From positions 21 through 64,020 of the forward strand of contig MGUK01000085.1 in NCBI GenBank assembly GCA_001799995.1: a stretch of 64,000 bases of DNA. Direction: 5' to 3'. The DNA comes from Elusimicrobia bacterium GWF2_62_30. Its GTDB lineage: Bacteria > Elusimicrobiota > Elusimicrobia > Elusimicrobiales > UBA9959. Shown here one piece after another: positions 48,201 to 55,644 of the stretch. The first letter of the stretch is position 1. The number at the start of each line of letters is the position of its first letter. A program made the position numbers and the translations under genes. Under the pieces are notes generated by a model. It did no database searches. It saw nothing but the letters and a program-made list of their open reading frames with translations, and was not told where the DNA came from.

Positions 48201-49168
48201 ATGAAGTCCACCTGGGAAGGGGAGAGGCGGGCCTGGCGGTAGGCCGCGCGCATGGCGTACAGCTGCCCGGCGGTATTAGGGGCCAGGAGGCTCCCGCCGA
48301 TGTCGTTGGAAAGGCCTATGCCGGTTATAACTCCGTAGATGTTGTCGCCGTCGCGCACCGCGTCGGCCAGGCGCTTGAGCACGAACATGCCGGCGCCCTC
48401 GCCGACCACCAGCCCGTCGGCGGAAGCGTCGAAGGGCGACGGCCGCCCCGAAGGGGAAAGGGCGCGCAGCTGGGAGAAACCCATCTGGGTGTAAAGGCTG
48501 GAAGGGCGCGACACCCCGCCGGTAAGCATCGCGTCGGCGCGGCCCGAGCGCAGCGCGTCCACGGAAAATTTAATGGCGTAAAGCGAGGAGGCGCAGGCGG
48601 CGTCCAGCGTGAAGGTGCCGCCGGCCAGGCCGAGCGCGCGGGCGATGGCCCCGCCGGGAAGGCCGGCCACGCAGCGGTTAAGCGGGTCCGTGCCGGCGCT
48701 CTGCGGCGTGAAGGCTTTGCCCAGGGCCGCTTTCTCGAACGCCGGGAGCAGGGTTTCCCGCGCCAGCGCCGAAACGGAATCGGTGGGCAGGACTATGTTG
48801 CCGATCACCACCCCGGTGCGGGAACGGTCTATCTTTTTGGGCTGGGCGTCGTGAAAGGCCTGCCTGGCGGCGTGCAGGGCCAGGTGGAAGACCGGGTCGA
48901 GTTTTGCAATGAAGGATTCCCGCAGGTCCAGGCCGGAGGCGTCCAGCTTGAAATCCTCTACGAAGCAGGCTTTGATTGAATAGACCTTGTCCGGCGCGCC
49001 CTTCTGCGGGTCGAAGGCGTCGCGGCCGGGCAGCAGCCAGCGTCCCGCCGGGACCTCCTTGGCGGAGCAGGTCCCTTCCGAGATGTTCTTCCAGAAACGC
49101 TCCAGGTCAGGGGCGCCGGGAAAGATGCCGCCGATACCGACGACGGCTATGGGCTGAGGTTCTGTCAT
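42203..49168 (-). CDS. pfaC: PfaC-like PUFA-synthase subunit: KS - CLF - AT - DH(FabA-type) x2
   Basis: KS Cys in TLDAACASS (aa ~192) with HATGT and GH motifs. The second KS-like domain lacks the Cys (FTISSEETSG, aa ~655). AT motif GYSLGE (aa ~1131). Ala/Pro linker at aa ~1400-1540. FabA-type signatures CHFSDDHVMPG (aa ~1832) and AHFYQDPVCPG (aa ~2218). Confidence 0.85.
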   Translation of the reverse strand: MTEPQPIAVVGIGGIFPGAPDLERFWKNISEGTCSAKEVPAGRWLLPGRDAFDPQKGAPDKVYSIKACFVEDFKLDASGLDLRESFIAKLDPVFHLALHAARQAFHDAQPKKIDRSRTGVVIGNIVLPTDSVSALARETLLPAFEKAALGKAFTPQSAGTDPLNRCVAGLPGGAIARALGLAGGTFTLDAACASSLYAIKFSVDALRSGRADAMLTGGVSRPSSLYTQMGFSQLRALSPSGRPSPFDASADGLVVGEGAGMFVLKRLADAVRDGDNIYGVITGIGLSNDIGGSLLAPNTAGQLYAMRAAYRQARLSPSQVDFIECHATGTPTGDPVEVESLKALWGERGWTEGQCALGSVKSNIGHLLTAAGSAGMMKVLLSLRNKAIAPTANFSKPGPRIALAASPFRVPHKCEDWAQRDSRTPRRAAVSAFGFGGINAHVLVEEYASSFSPLPRKAQPKAAAAAPVPVAIVGMEARFGTLGGLREFQETVLGGTPMPAAPLADERRRGLPGLETKGFYLREAGASSDSYRIPPKELEEMLPQQLLMLDVAAKAVADSGPGEKGLENAGVFIGLGLDLNTTNFHFRWSLLETARRCAAERGWHLSEKQEKDFLAGLRDAAGPALSANRTMGALGGIVASRIAREFHVGGPSFTISSEETSGLRALEAGVRALRSGELDTAIVGAVSLDGDPRALLAAQALTPFAPAARPFDKSAAGTVPGEGAAALILKRLDDALRDGNRVYAVIKGLGFASGGGVDKPAPTPAAYAGALREAYGEAQVDPSTIGYLETHGSGIPEEDSAEAEALADFYGISAAQLPCALGAVKPVIGHAGPACGLAGVVKAALALYQEILPPMLKVDPLAGLARARKRFHIPVEPQYWLRNRAEGQRRAGVSALGIDGNCGHVVLEGVEQAAGDEFAALERRQPLGARAEALFAVEDEDARGVISGLLDLKAWLSRRDPAENVEKLARAWFAHTGARPAAKRACVLLARDAQELAGLLDSAISGLRAAPEKQFFRERIFYTPAGQAKPENIAFVFPGSGNQYIGMGRELWVQWPEILRRQDAENGYLRGQMAPAFFAPWRFLWTPGWEAETEREIIEDFKSMIFGSVSHGTAVSDLVRSLGVQPAFVIGYSLGETAGLFALRTWTARDEMLRRINESSLFVSDLAGPCDAARRFWNLPKDEKVDWVLGVIDRPADNVRMALKGAERAALLIVNAPLECVVGGYRKAVNSLVEGLGCVFLPLQGVSTVHFEAAKLVEKQYRDLHLFPTTPPPGVRFYSGAWKKSYEVTRENAADSIVAQAVHSLDFPSLVRRAYEDGARVFVELGPQASCTRMIDKILGVQPHLARSACVKNQNAVGTVLRLLARLITERAPADLAALYGQGSLASAHQDHGPVKNIVRAPLSVPPPVKNNWEPSAEPAAAAKSVPVPAVSRSAVPAAAAAQSLPPRLAPAPALPAPAAPVPSAAQPGPGYLLNFSAASSAGAKAHEVFLRLSNNFSLLQAKNIAFQETLLKAGGTAPAARAVPAPPAAPPLPARSEAQRQAAVFMTREQCLEFAVGSIARVLGPMFASADTYPTRVRLPDEPLMLVDRILSVRGEPASMTSGNVVTEHDIHQDAWYLDCGRIPTCIAVEAGQADLFLCGYLGIDSRTKGKAMYRLLDAEVTFHRGLPQPGQTIHYDINIERFAQNGDIWLFFFNYESTVDGQPLLSMKKGCAGFFTQEELSKGKGVVLTAEEQASAPGKAPEGWQPPAPFAAEKEIYSDAQLEALRAGRYAEAFGPAFADLPLAKPVGLPSGKMRLVDRILELSPRGGRYGLGLVQGEMDIHPDDWHLVCHFSDDHVMPGTLMYECCLHTFRVLLLRLGWTAEEGSCWYEPVPGVTSRLECRGQVLPSTKKAMYEIIVKEIGYQADGTPYAIADAFMYADGKRIIHIHNMSIRMSGARKQEIEALWAGASSPAPAGPRKAVFDDASITAFAIGRPSEAFGEKYKVFDSERVIARLPGAPYKFLDRIVKIENCRQWELAAGGVIEAEYDVPPEEWYFKSGAQKSMPFAVLLEVALQPCGWLAAYLGSALTSPTDLSFRNLGGTATQYLEVFPDSGILTTKVKITKVSQSGGMIIQDYDMEVLCKGRTVYKGVTQFGFFSKKSLSEQLGVRGAARYTPGPEEAARGTAAALSAQPPLPDEKLIMLDSVETYIPGGGPKKAGFLRGLKKVDPAEWFFKAHFYQDPVCPGSLGLESFINLMKAAAALRWKDLPENARFEAMALNEKHQWIYRGQVVPKNKLVTVEAYLTGADDEKKLLRADGFLIVDGLVIYQMKDFSIRITT

Positions 49169-49175
49169 TAAAACC

Positions 49176-52100
49176 TTATTTGAGGCTCAACTCCGTCCTC
49201 CGGAAAGCTTCGTTAAGCGACTTGTCCACCGTGGATTCGTAGCCTTCCAGCCTGGCGACGAGCACGCCGTTCGCGTCCACGAAATCTATATCGGCCCTGG
49301 CGCCGTGGTCCGACGAGGAGGTGACGCGCGCCACGATCCTGACGCCGGCGGCCGGGAAAGCCGCGGCATACTGGCGGTACGAGGCGGCGCTGTTGGGCAG
49401 GGAGCAGGCGCCGGAATTCTCGAACGTCCAGAGTATCATGCCCTGGAAGGCGGCGTCGAGCGCGGCGGGGTCGGCTAGCCAGCGGTCGCGCAGCGGCCGG
49501 CGCAGCCAGGAGGCGGGGGGCAGCGCGGCGGCGGCCTCGAGCACGATGCCCTTCTCTGAAACGCCCGCCACCGAGCGGATGAAGCGCATGTCCTCGCCGT
49601 GAAATAGTATCTCCCGGTAGGCCCGTTCCACCGGCCGGGGGTACGGCTTAAGCGCGAACTCGGGCGCGGCGGCGGCCGGCTTGGGCAGGGAGGGGGCGAG
49701 AAGGATCTCCGCCCCGGAGTGCAGCTCCCCGGCGGGCCCGCGCAGTTCCACGGGAACCGCGAAGAAGCCGTCTTTCTTTACGGCCTTGCCGGCGAGCGCG
49801 GAGATCCTGCGGGTTTCGCCGTTGAGGATGATGCCCTTGTAGATCTTCAGCCCGTTAAAGCCGTGGAACACCAGGCCGGGATTGCCGTGCAGGGCCGCGT
49901 GGGCCAGCCATTCCGTTATCACCGCGGTGGGAACGACGGACTTCCCGTTCATCACGTGCGAGCGCAGCACGGGGCAGTCCTCTACGGAAACCGCCAGTTC
50001 GAAAGCGGTGGAAGCCGCGCGCGGCTGCTGCGTCTCCAGGGGGGGCTGCGCCGGGGCGGTTCCGGCCGGGCCGCCGGCCGGCGCGCGTACGGGGCGGGCA
50101 ATAACGACCACCTCCACGGCGGCGCTGCCGGAGGCGAGTTCGTCTACGAGGAACCGTCCGCCAGCTTTGAGGTCTATTACGCCTACGCCCTCTTTCGCGA
50201 ACAGGGCTTTGAGCCCGTCGTTGACCATGCCGCCGTCCCAGGGGCCCCAGTTGAAGGAGACCACGCGGCAGCCGCCGAGGCGGCGGGCCAGCAGGCGGGC
50301 GGTCTTGTTGAGCGCCTCGTTGGCCATGGCGTAATCGCACTGCCCGGCGCGCCCGAAGCGGGCCGTGGACGAGGAATAAAGGGCCAGCACCTTGAGCTTG
50401 GAGGCATCCAGCGCTTCGAGGAGATTGCGAAGGCCGGACACTTTGGTGTCGAAAACCGAAGCGAACTGCTCGGGGGTTTTGTCCTGGATCAGTTTGTCGG
50501 CCAGCACGCCGGCGCCGTGCACAAGACCGCGCACCGTGCCCAGCTCCTTGTCTATCTTCGAGAGGACCTGCTCAAGGGCCTTGCGGTCGCGTATATCGGC
50601 GGAGTAATAGACCGCCCTGGAACCGGCCGCCTCGAAGCGGTTGAGCTGCGCGCGTATCTCCCTGGCCGCCAGGATGGCGCGGCACTGTTCGCCCGCGGCT
50701 TTCGGGGCCATACCGGGATTGCGGGAAATAAGGGCTTTTTTAATGTCGGCTTCCGTGCGGTGCTGGGAAAGCCAGGGCTCTTCGGCGGGAGGCAGCGGGC
50801 TGCGCCCGAGTATGGCCAGCGCCGGGGAACAGGCCGAAGCGAGAGCCGCTGCCGCTTCCGCGGTCACGCCGCGCGCCCCGCCGGTTATCAGGACCACGTC
50901 GCCCTTCGCGAGCGGGAGGTCCCCGCCTTTTACCTGCTCGGAGCGGCTGAGCAGCACTATCCTGCCGCCGGTTTCGGAAAGGCCCATCTCGACGGGGCCC
51001 TTGAAAAAGAATTCATCGGCTATGGCCTGCGCCACGGAGGCCGTGTGCTGCCAGTCGGAGGCCGCGTCCAGGGCCCGGCAGGAAACTTCCGGCCATTCAT
51101 GGGCCGCGGTCTTGGCCAGGCCGGCCAGCCCGCCGAAAACGGGGTCCTGCTCTGACTTGAGCCCGTCCACGCCGAAAGAACCGTCCAGGCGCGAAACGGT
51201 CATTAGGCAGGCCGCGGAGCTGCCGGCCGCGCCGCGGAGCGCCGGCCCCGCCAGCTGCGCCAGGCGGAACGCGTTCTTAAGGTAAGCCTCGGAATCGGCC
51301 GACCAGAAAGACTTCTTGCCGAGCTTTACGGCGGGGGCTAAGATCATCAGCCCGGACAGCCCTTCCTTCGGGGCCGGTTCTGCATGCGCGAAAGGTATTT
51401 TAAGCGCGCGGAAACCGCGCTCCTCCAGGTTCTTGACCACGGCGGAGGAGAGGGCGGAACCGTCGTCGGTGACCCAGACGGGAAGTTCCCTGCTCGGCGA
51501 TATCTTTTCCCGCGGGGAGGAAGTATCGAAATCCGCGGCCCGCAGGGTTTCGCGGGTTATTTCGTAGTTCCCGGTTTTAACCGGGGCTTCGGTCTTCGCT
51601 TCCTGCGAGGCGGAGGGAGTTCCCGCGGTGAGGAAAGCCGTTACCTGGCGCAGGGTGCGGATGGAGCCGAGCTGCTCCGGCGTGATGCGGGGCGCGGAGG
51701 GCAGCTTTTCCTGCAGTTCCGAAAGTATGGCCACGCGCTTGATCGAATCTATGCCGAGGTCGGACTCCATGTCCATGTCCTGGTTGAGCGACTCCGCCGG
51801 GTAGCCGGTCTGGGAGGAAACTATGGACAGCAGCACGGAACCCGCGTCCTGGCCGGCGGCCCCCGCGGCGGCCGGCCGGGCCGGGGCCTGCGGCATGCCG
51901 GCGGACAGGTAGGAAGTAACCTGGCGCAGGGTGCGGATGGAGCCGAGCTGCTCCGGCGTGATGCGGGGCGCGGAGGGCAGCTTTTCCTGCAGCTCTGAAA
52001 GTATAGCCACGCGCTTGATCGAGTCTATGCCGAGGTCGGACTCCATATCCATGTCCTGGTTGAGGGATTCGGCCGGGTAGCCGGTCTGGGAGGAAACTAT

Positions 52101-55100
52101 GGACAGCAGCACGGAACCCGCGTCCTGGCCGGCGGCCCCCGCGGCGGCCGGCTGGGCCGGGGCCTGCGGCATGCCGGCGGACAGGTAGGAAGTAACCTGG
52201 CGCAGCGTGCGGATGGAGCCGAGCTGCTCCGGCGTGATGCGGGGCGCGGAGGGCAGCTTCTCCTGCAGTTCCGAGAGTATGGCCACGCGCTTGATCGAGT
52301 CTATGCCGAGGTCGGACTCCATGTCCATATCCTGGTTGAGCGACTCCGCCGGGTAGCCGGTCTGGGAGGAAACGATGGACAGCAGCACGGAGCCTACGTC
52401 CACTCCCGGGGCCGCCGCGGGCTGCGGGACCGGCGCCGGCGCGGAGCGAACGGGCTGCGGGGCGAACGCGGGCTGGGCCTGGTAGACCGGCTGCGGCACC
52501 GCGGGGCGGTAAACGGGCGCCCCGGTGAACATCTGCTGCTGCTGGTCTATCAGCGCCTGGAAAGAACGCTGGGCGGCTTCCTGGCCTTCCAGGAACCGGG
52601 CGTGAAGGATGGCGGTCTGCTCCTGCAGTTTCTGGAGCGCGGCCATGCTTTCCTGGGTCACGCGCAAAGCGTCGGAGGCCAGGGCGTGCGCCGGAGCGAA
52701 CGGGACGGCGGCGGCCCGGGCAGGCGCCGCCTGCGCCTGCAGCGTAAGGGCTTTCTTCGGCGCCGAGGGCGGGCGCGGGGACCGGTAATTGGCCCCGGTA
52801 AGCTTTACCGCCAGCTTGGAGATCTTCCTTTCCAGCACGTCCTTAACGCCGGCTTCGCCGCCTTCCCAGGCCGGGAGGTCAAGGCTGAAACCGAGCGAAG
52901 CCAGCCGCGCAAGCGTACGCGCGGCGTCGGTTACCCCGGAGCGCCTGCCCGAACAGGAATCCAGCGCGAAAGCGGTATGCTCGCGGCCTGCAAGGATGGC
53001 GCCGGCAAGGCCGGTAAGCCGCGCCCCCGGTCCCACTTCCAGGAAGACGCGCAGGCCGGCGGCGTACATCTTCTCCACCATGGCCGTGAATTCTACGGGG
53101 GAGGCGAGCTGGGAGGCCAGGATGGCGCGCGCTTTGTCGGGCGCGCCGGGATAGATATCCGCAGTCTTGTTGGCGTAGACAGGGACTTTAGCCGCTGAGA
53201 ATTTAACCTTGTCGAGCGCCGCGGCGAACTCCTTCTGCGCGCCGGCCACCAGCGGGCTGTGGAAAGCGGCCGAGACCTGCAGCGGGACGTTCTTCATCGA
53301 GCGGTTACGGAAGCAGTCGGAAGCGCGCTGTATCTCGGCGGTACCGCCGGAGAGCACGAACTGCGCCGGTGAATTCTTGTTGGCGATGATGAGGTCCAGC
53401 TTCTCCTCCTTCATCACCTTCTCTATATCGGCGAGAGGGGCCTGCACCGCCAGCATGCTGCCGCGGTCGCCTTCGCCGCGGGCCATCAGTTCTCCGCGGG
53501 TGCCGGACAGGCTGAAGAGGGTTTTAACGTCGAAGACGCCCGCCGCGCAGAGGGCGGGCAGTTCGCCGTAGCTGTGCCCGGCGAAAGCTTCGGGAGCGAG
53601 GCCGAAGCCGGCCAGCACGCTGTAAGCGCCGAATTCGGCCGCGCCGAGGGCGGGCTGGGCTATGCGCGTATCCTTCAGGTCGTCGGCCTGTTTCTGCTTG
53701 TCGGCCGGAGTGAAGGCGGGGCGGGGATAGATGTAATCGGAGAGCGGCTTGCCGCCCGGGAATTCCCCGTCGGCGGCCGAGAGGACGTCCAGCGCGGACG
53801 GGAAGCGGCAGGCGAGCTCGCGCTGCATGCCCGCGTACTGCGCGCCCTGGCCGGGGAACAGCACGGCGAGCTTTTCCGGGGCGCCTGAGCCGAAGAATAC
53901 GCCTTCGGGGGTCGCCCAGGACTTGTCGGCGCCCTGCGCGCCCAGTTTGGCCAGGGCGGAATCTATCAGCCTGGCGTGGTCCTGGCCGTCGCGCTCGAGC
54001 ACGAAAGCAAGGCGCGCGGGGTCCGACGGCTTGAAAGCGGCGCGGGAGCGCATGGCCTTCACGCGGACCTCGTCCCAGGCGAGGCCTTTCCAAGAGGCTA
54101 ATTCTTTGCGGAGCGTTCCCGCGTCCGGCCCGGAAAGGGCCGCTACCTGCACGTCGCCGTCCCAGTCGGGGGAAGCCTTGGCGGAGGAATGCTCTTCGAG
54201 GACGGCGTGGAAATTGGAGCCGCCGAAGCCGAGGGCGCTTACGGCCGCGCGGCGCGGGTGGTCCTTCTTCAGCCACGGGCGCAGCTCGGTGTTCAGGTAA
54301 AATGGAGTGGTGCCGGCGGCCAACTGCTTTAAAGGGGTGGTGACCTTTATCGTGGGGGGCAGCGTCTTGTTGTACAGCGAAAGCGCGGCCTTGATCAGGC
54401 CGGCCGACCCGGCGGCGGCCTTGGTGTGGCCCAGCATGGACTTAACCGAGCCCAGCGCGCACCAGGCGCCTTCCTTCCCGGTTCCGCGGAACACTTCCGT
54501 AAGCGCGTCCACTTCCACGCCGTCGCCGACGACGGTGCCGGTACCGTGGGCTTCCACCAGCTCTATGGTGTCAGGGGAAACGCCGGTGGCGGAGTAGGCG
54601 TTGCGCAGCGCGCGCGTCTGGCCCTCGGCGCTGGGCGCGTAAACGGCTTTGCCTTTGCCGTCGGAAGAGGAACCCACGCCCTTGAGCACCGCGTAGATCC
54701 GGTCGCCGTCGCGCTCGGCGTCGGCCAGGCGCTTCATGGCCAGCATGCCCAAGCCCTCGCCCAGCATGGTGCCGTCGGCTGAGGCGTCGAAAGGTTTAAT
54801 GTCCCCGCTGGCGGAAAGCGCGGGGGTCTTGCTGAAGCACATGTACATGAAAATATCGTTGAAGCAGTCCACGCCGCCGGTGATGACCATCGAAGAGCGG
54901 CCGGCCGCCAGTTCGAGGGAGGCCATGTGCAGCGAGGCCAGGGAGCTGCCGCAGGCGGCGTCCACCACGCAGTTGGTGCCGCCGAGGTTGAAGCGGTTGG
55001 CTATGCGGCCGGCCACCACGTTGCCGAGCAGGCCGGGGAAGGAACTTTCCTGCCACGGGACATAGTCTTCCTGCATGCGGGAGATGATCTCTTCCGCGTC

Positions 55101-55583
55101 CTGGCCGGTTATGCCGAACTCGGCCAGGGCCTTGCGCCACTTCGGGTGCCCGAGGCGCGCCCCGAGCGGTATCACCAGCTCCAGCGCGCCGGTAACGCCC
55201 AGGATCACGCTGACGCGGCTGCGGTCGAACTCGCGGCCCTGCCCGTAGCCGGCGTCCTCCAGCGCCATCTTGGCGGCGAGGAGGCCCAGCAGCTGGGCGC
55301 TGTCGGTGGCCTCGAGCGCGTTGGGCGCCAGGCCGAATTCGGACGGGTCGAAATCCACGGGGAGGAGGAAGCCGCCCTTGTGCGCGTAGGTCATGTCCGG
55401 TTTCTTCGGGTTCTTGTCGAAATGGTCTTCGGGAAGCCAGTGTGACGCCGGGACTTCCGTTATGGCATCCACGCCGTTCTTGATGTTGGCCCAGAACCGG
55501 CGGCTGTTCTCCGCTTTGGGGAAAAGGCAGCCTATGCCGACGATGGCGATAGGGGTCAAGGCGGGATTTTCTTTGGCGTTCAT
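49176..55583 (-). CDS. pfaA: PfaA-like PUFA-synthase subunit: KS - MAT - ACP x3 - KR - DH(PKS-type)
   Basis: KS VVDAACGSS (Cys211, codon at 54951-54953) with HGTGT and GHTKAAAG. AT motif GHSYGE (aa ~669). Three LGIDSIK ACP sites (Ser ~1096, 1188, 1280). KR motif LITGGARGVT (aa ~1565). DH motif HVMNGKSVVP (aa ~1876). AAGAGGA RBS upstream. Confidence 0.9.
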   Translation of the reverse strand: MNAKENPALTPIAIVGIGCLFPKAENSRRFWANIKNGVDAITEVPASHWLPEDHFDKNPKKPDMTYAHKGGFLLPVDFDPSEFGLAPNALEATDSAQLLGLLAAKMALEDAGYGQGREFDRSRVSVILGVTGALELVIPLGARLGHPKWRKALAEFGITGQDAEEIISRMQEDYVPWQESSFPGLLGNVVAGRIANRFNLGGTNCVVDAACGSSLASLHMASLELAAGRSSMVITGGVDCFNDIFMYMCFSKTPALSASGDIKPFDASADGTMLGEGLGMLAMKRLADAERDGDRIYAVLKGVGSSSDGKGKAVYAPSAEGQTRALRNAYSATGVSPDTIELVEAHGTGTVVGDGVEVDALTEVFRGTGKEGAWCALGSVKSMLGHTKAAAGSAGLIKAALSLYNKTLPPTIKVTTPLKQLAAGTTPFYLNTELRPWLKKDHPRRAAVSALGFGGSNFHAVLEEHSSAKASPDWDGDVQVAALSGPDAGTLRKELASWKGLAWDEVRVKAMRSRAAFKPSDPARLAFVLERDGQDHARLIDSALAKLGAQGADKSWATPEGVFFGSGAPEKLAVLFPGQGAQYAGMQRELACRFPSALDVLSAADGEFPGGKPLSDYIYPRPAFTPADKQKQADDLKDTRIAQPALGAAEFGAYSVLAGFGLAPEAFAGHSYGELPALCAAGVFDVKTLFSLSGTRGELMARGEGDRGSMLAVQAPLADIEKVMKEEKLDLIIANKNSPAQFVLSGGTAEIQRASDCFRNRSMKNVPLQVSAAFHSPLVAGAQKEFAAALDKVKFSAAKVPVYANKTADIYPGAPDKARAILASQLASPVEFTAMVEKMYAAGLRVFLEVGPGARLTGLAGAILAGREHTAFALDSCSGRRSGVTDAARTLARLASLGFSLDLPAWEGGEAGVKDVLERKISKLAVKLTGANYRSPRPPSAPKKALTLQAQAAPARAAAVPFAPAHALASDALRVTQESMAALQKLQEQTAILHARFLEGQEAAQRSFQALIDQQQQMFTGAPVYRPAVPQPVYQAQPAFAPQPVRSAPAPVPQPAAAPGVDVGSVLLSIVSSQTGYPAESLNQDMDMESDLGIDSIKRVAILSELQEKLPSAPRITPEQLGSIRTLRQVTSYLSAGMPQAPAQPAAAGAAGQDAGSVLLSIVSSQTGYPAESLNQDMDMESDLGIDSIKRVAILSELQEKLPSAPRITPEQLGSIRTLRQVTSYLSAGMPQAPARPAAAGAAGQDAGSVLLSIVSSQTGYPAESLNQDMDMESDLGIDSIKRVAILSELQEKLPSAPRITPEQLGSIRTLRQVTAFLTAGTPSASQEAKTEAPVKTGNYEITRETLRAADFDTSSPREKISPSRELPVWVTDDGSALSSAVVKNLEERGFRALKIPFAHAEPAPKEGLSGLMILAPAVKLGKKSFWSADSEAYLKNAFRLAQLAGPALRGAAGSSAACLMTVSRLDGSFGVDGLKSEQDPVFGGLAGLAKTAAHEWPEVSCRALDAASDWQHTASVAQAIADEFFFKGPVEMGLSETGGRIVLLSRSEQVKGGDLPLAKGDVVLITGGARGVTAEAAAALASACSPALAILGRSPLPPAEEPWLSQHRTEADIKKALISRNPGMAPKAAGEQCRAILAAREIRAQLNRFEAAGSRAVYYSADIRDRKALEQVLSKIDKELGTVRGLVHGAGVLADKLIQDKTPEQFASVFDTKVSGLRNLLEALDASKLKVLALYSSSTARFGRAGQCDYAMANEALNKTARLLARRLGGCRVVSFNWGPWDGGMVNDGLKALFAKEGVGVIDLKAGGRFLVDELASGSAAVEVVVIARPVRAPAGGPAGTAPAQPPLETQQPRAASTAFELAVSVEDCPVLRSHVMNGKSVVPTAVITEWLAHAALHGNPGLVFHGFNGLKIYKGIILNGETRRISALAGKAVKKDGFFAVPVELRGPAGELHSGAEILLAPSLPKPAAAAPEFALKPYPRPVERAYREILFHGEDMRFIRSVAGVSEKGIVLEAAAALPPASWLRRPLRDRWLADPAALDAAFQGMILWTFENSGACSLPNSAASYRQYAAAFPAAGVRIVARVTSSSDHGARADIDFVDANGVLVARLEGYESTVDKSLNEAFRRTELSLK
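51594..52400 (-). repeat. Three tandem near-identical 276-nt ACP-encoding units
   Basis: acctggcgcag(g/c)gtgcggatggagccgagctgctccgg occurs at 51643, 51919 and 52195, a period of exactly 276 nt (92 aa). Confidence 0.95.
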
Positions 55584-55644
55584 GTTGTCCTCTTTTAAGA
55601 CGGCCGCCCGGCGGGCAGGGCCCGCGGTGCGGCGCAGCTGTCGG

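Noticed and set aside
42374-48979. Several long plus-strand ORFs (for example 42374-43960, 44993-46156, 47228-48979) and many Arg/Pro-rich minus-strand out-of-frame ORFs inside the PKS genes
   Set aside because: All lie inside the pfaC-like gene, whose KS/CLF/AT/DH motifs define the true frame. They are high-GC shadow ORFs. The same applies to 49719-51155 and 53524-54276 inside the pfaA-like gene, and to 55954-57192 inside pfaD.
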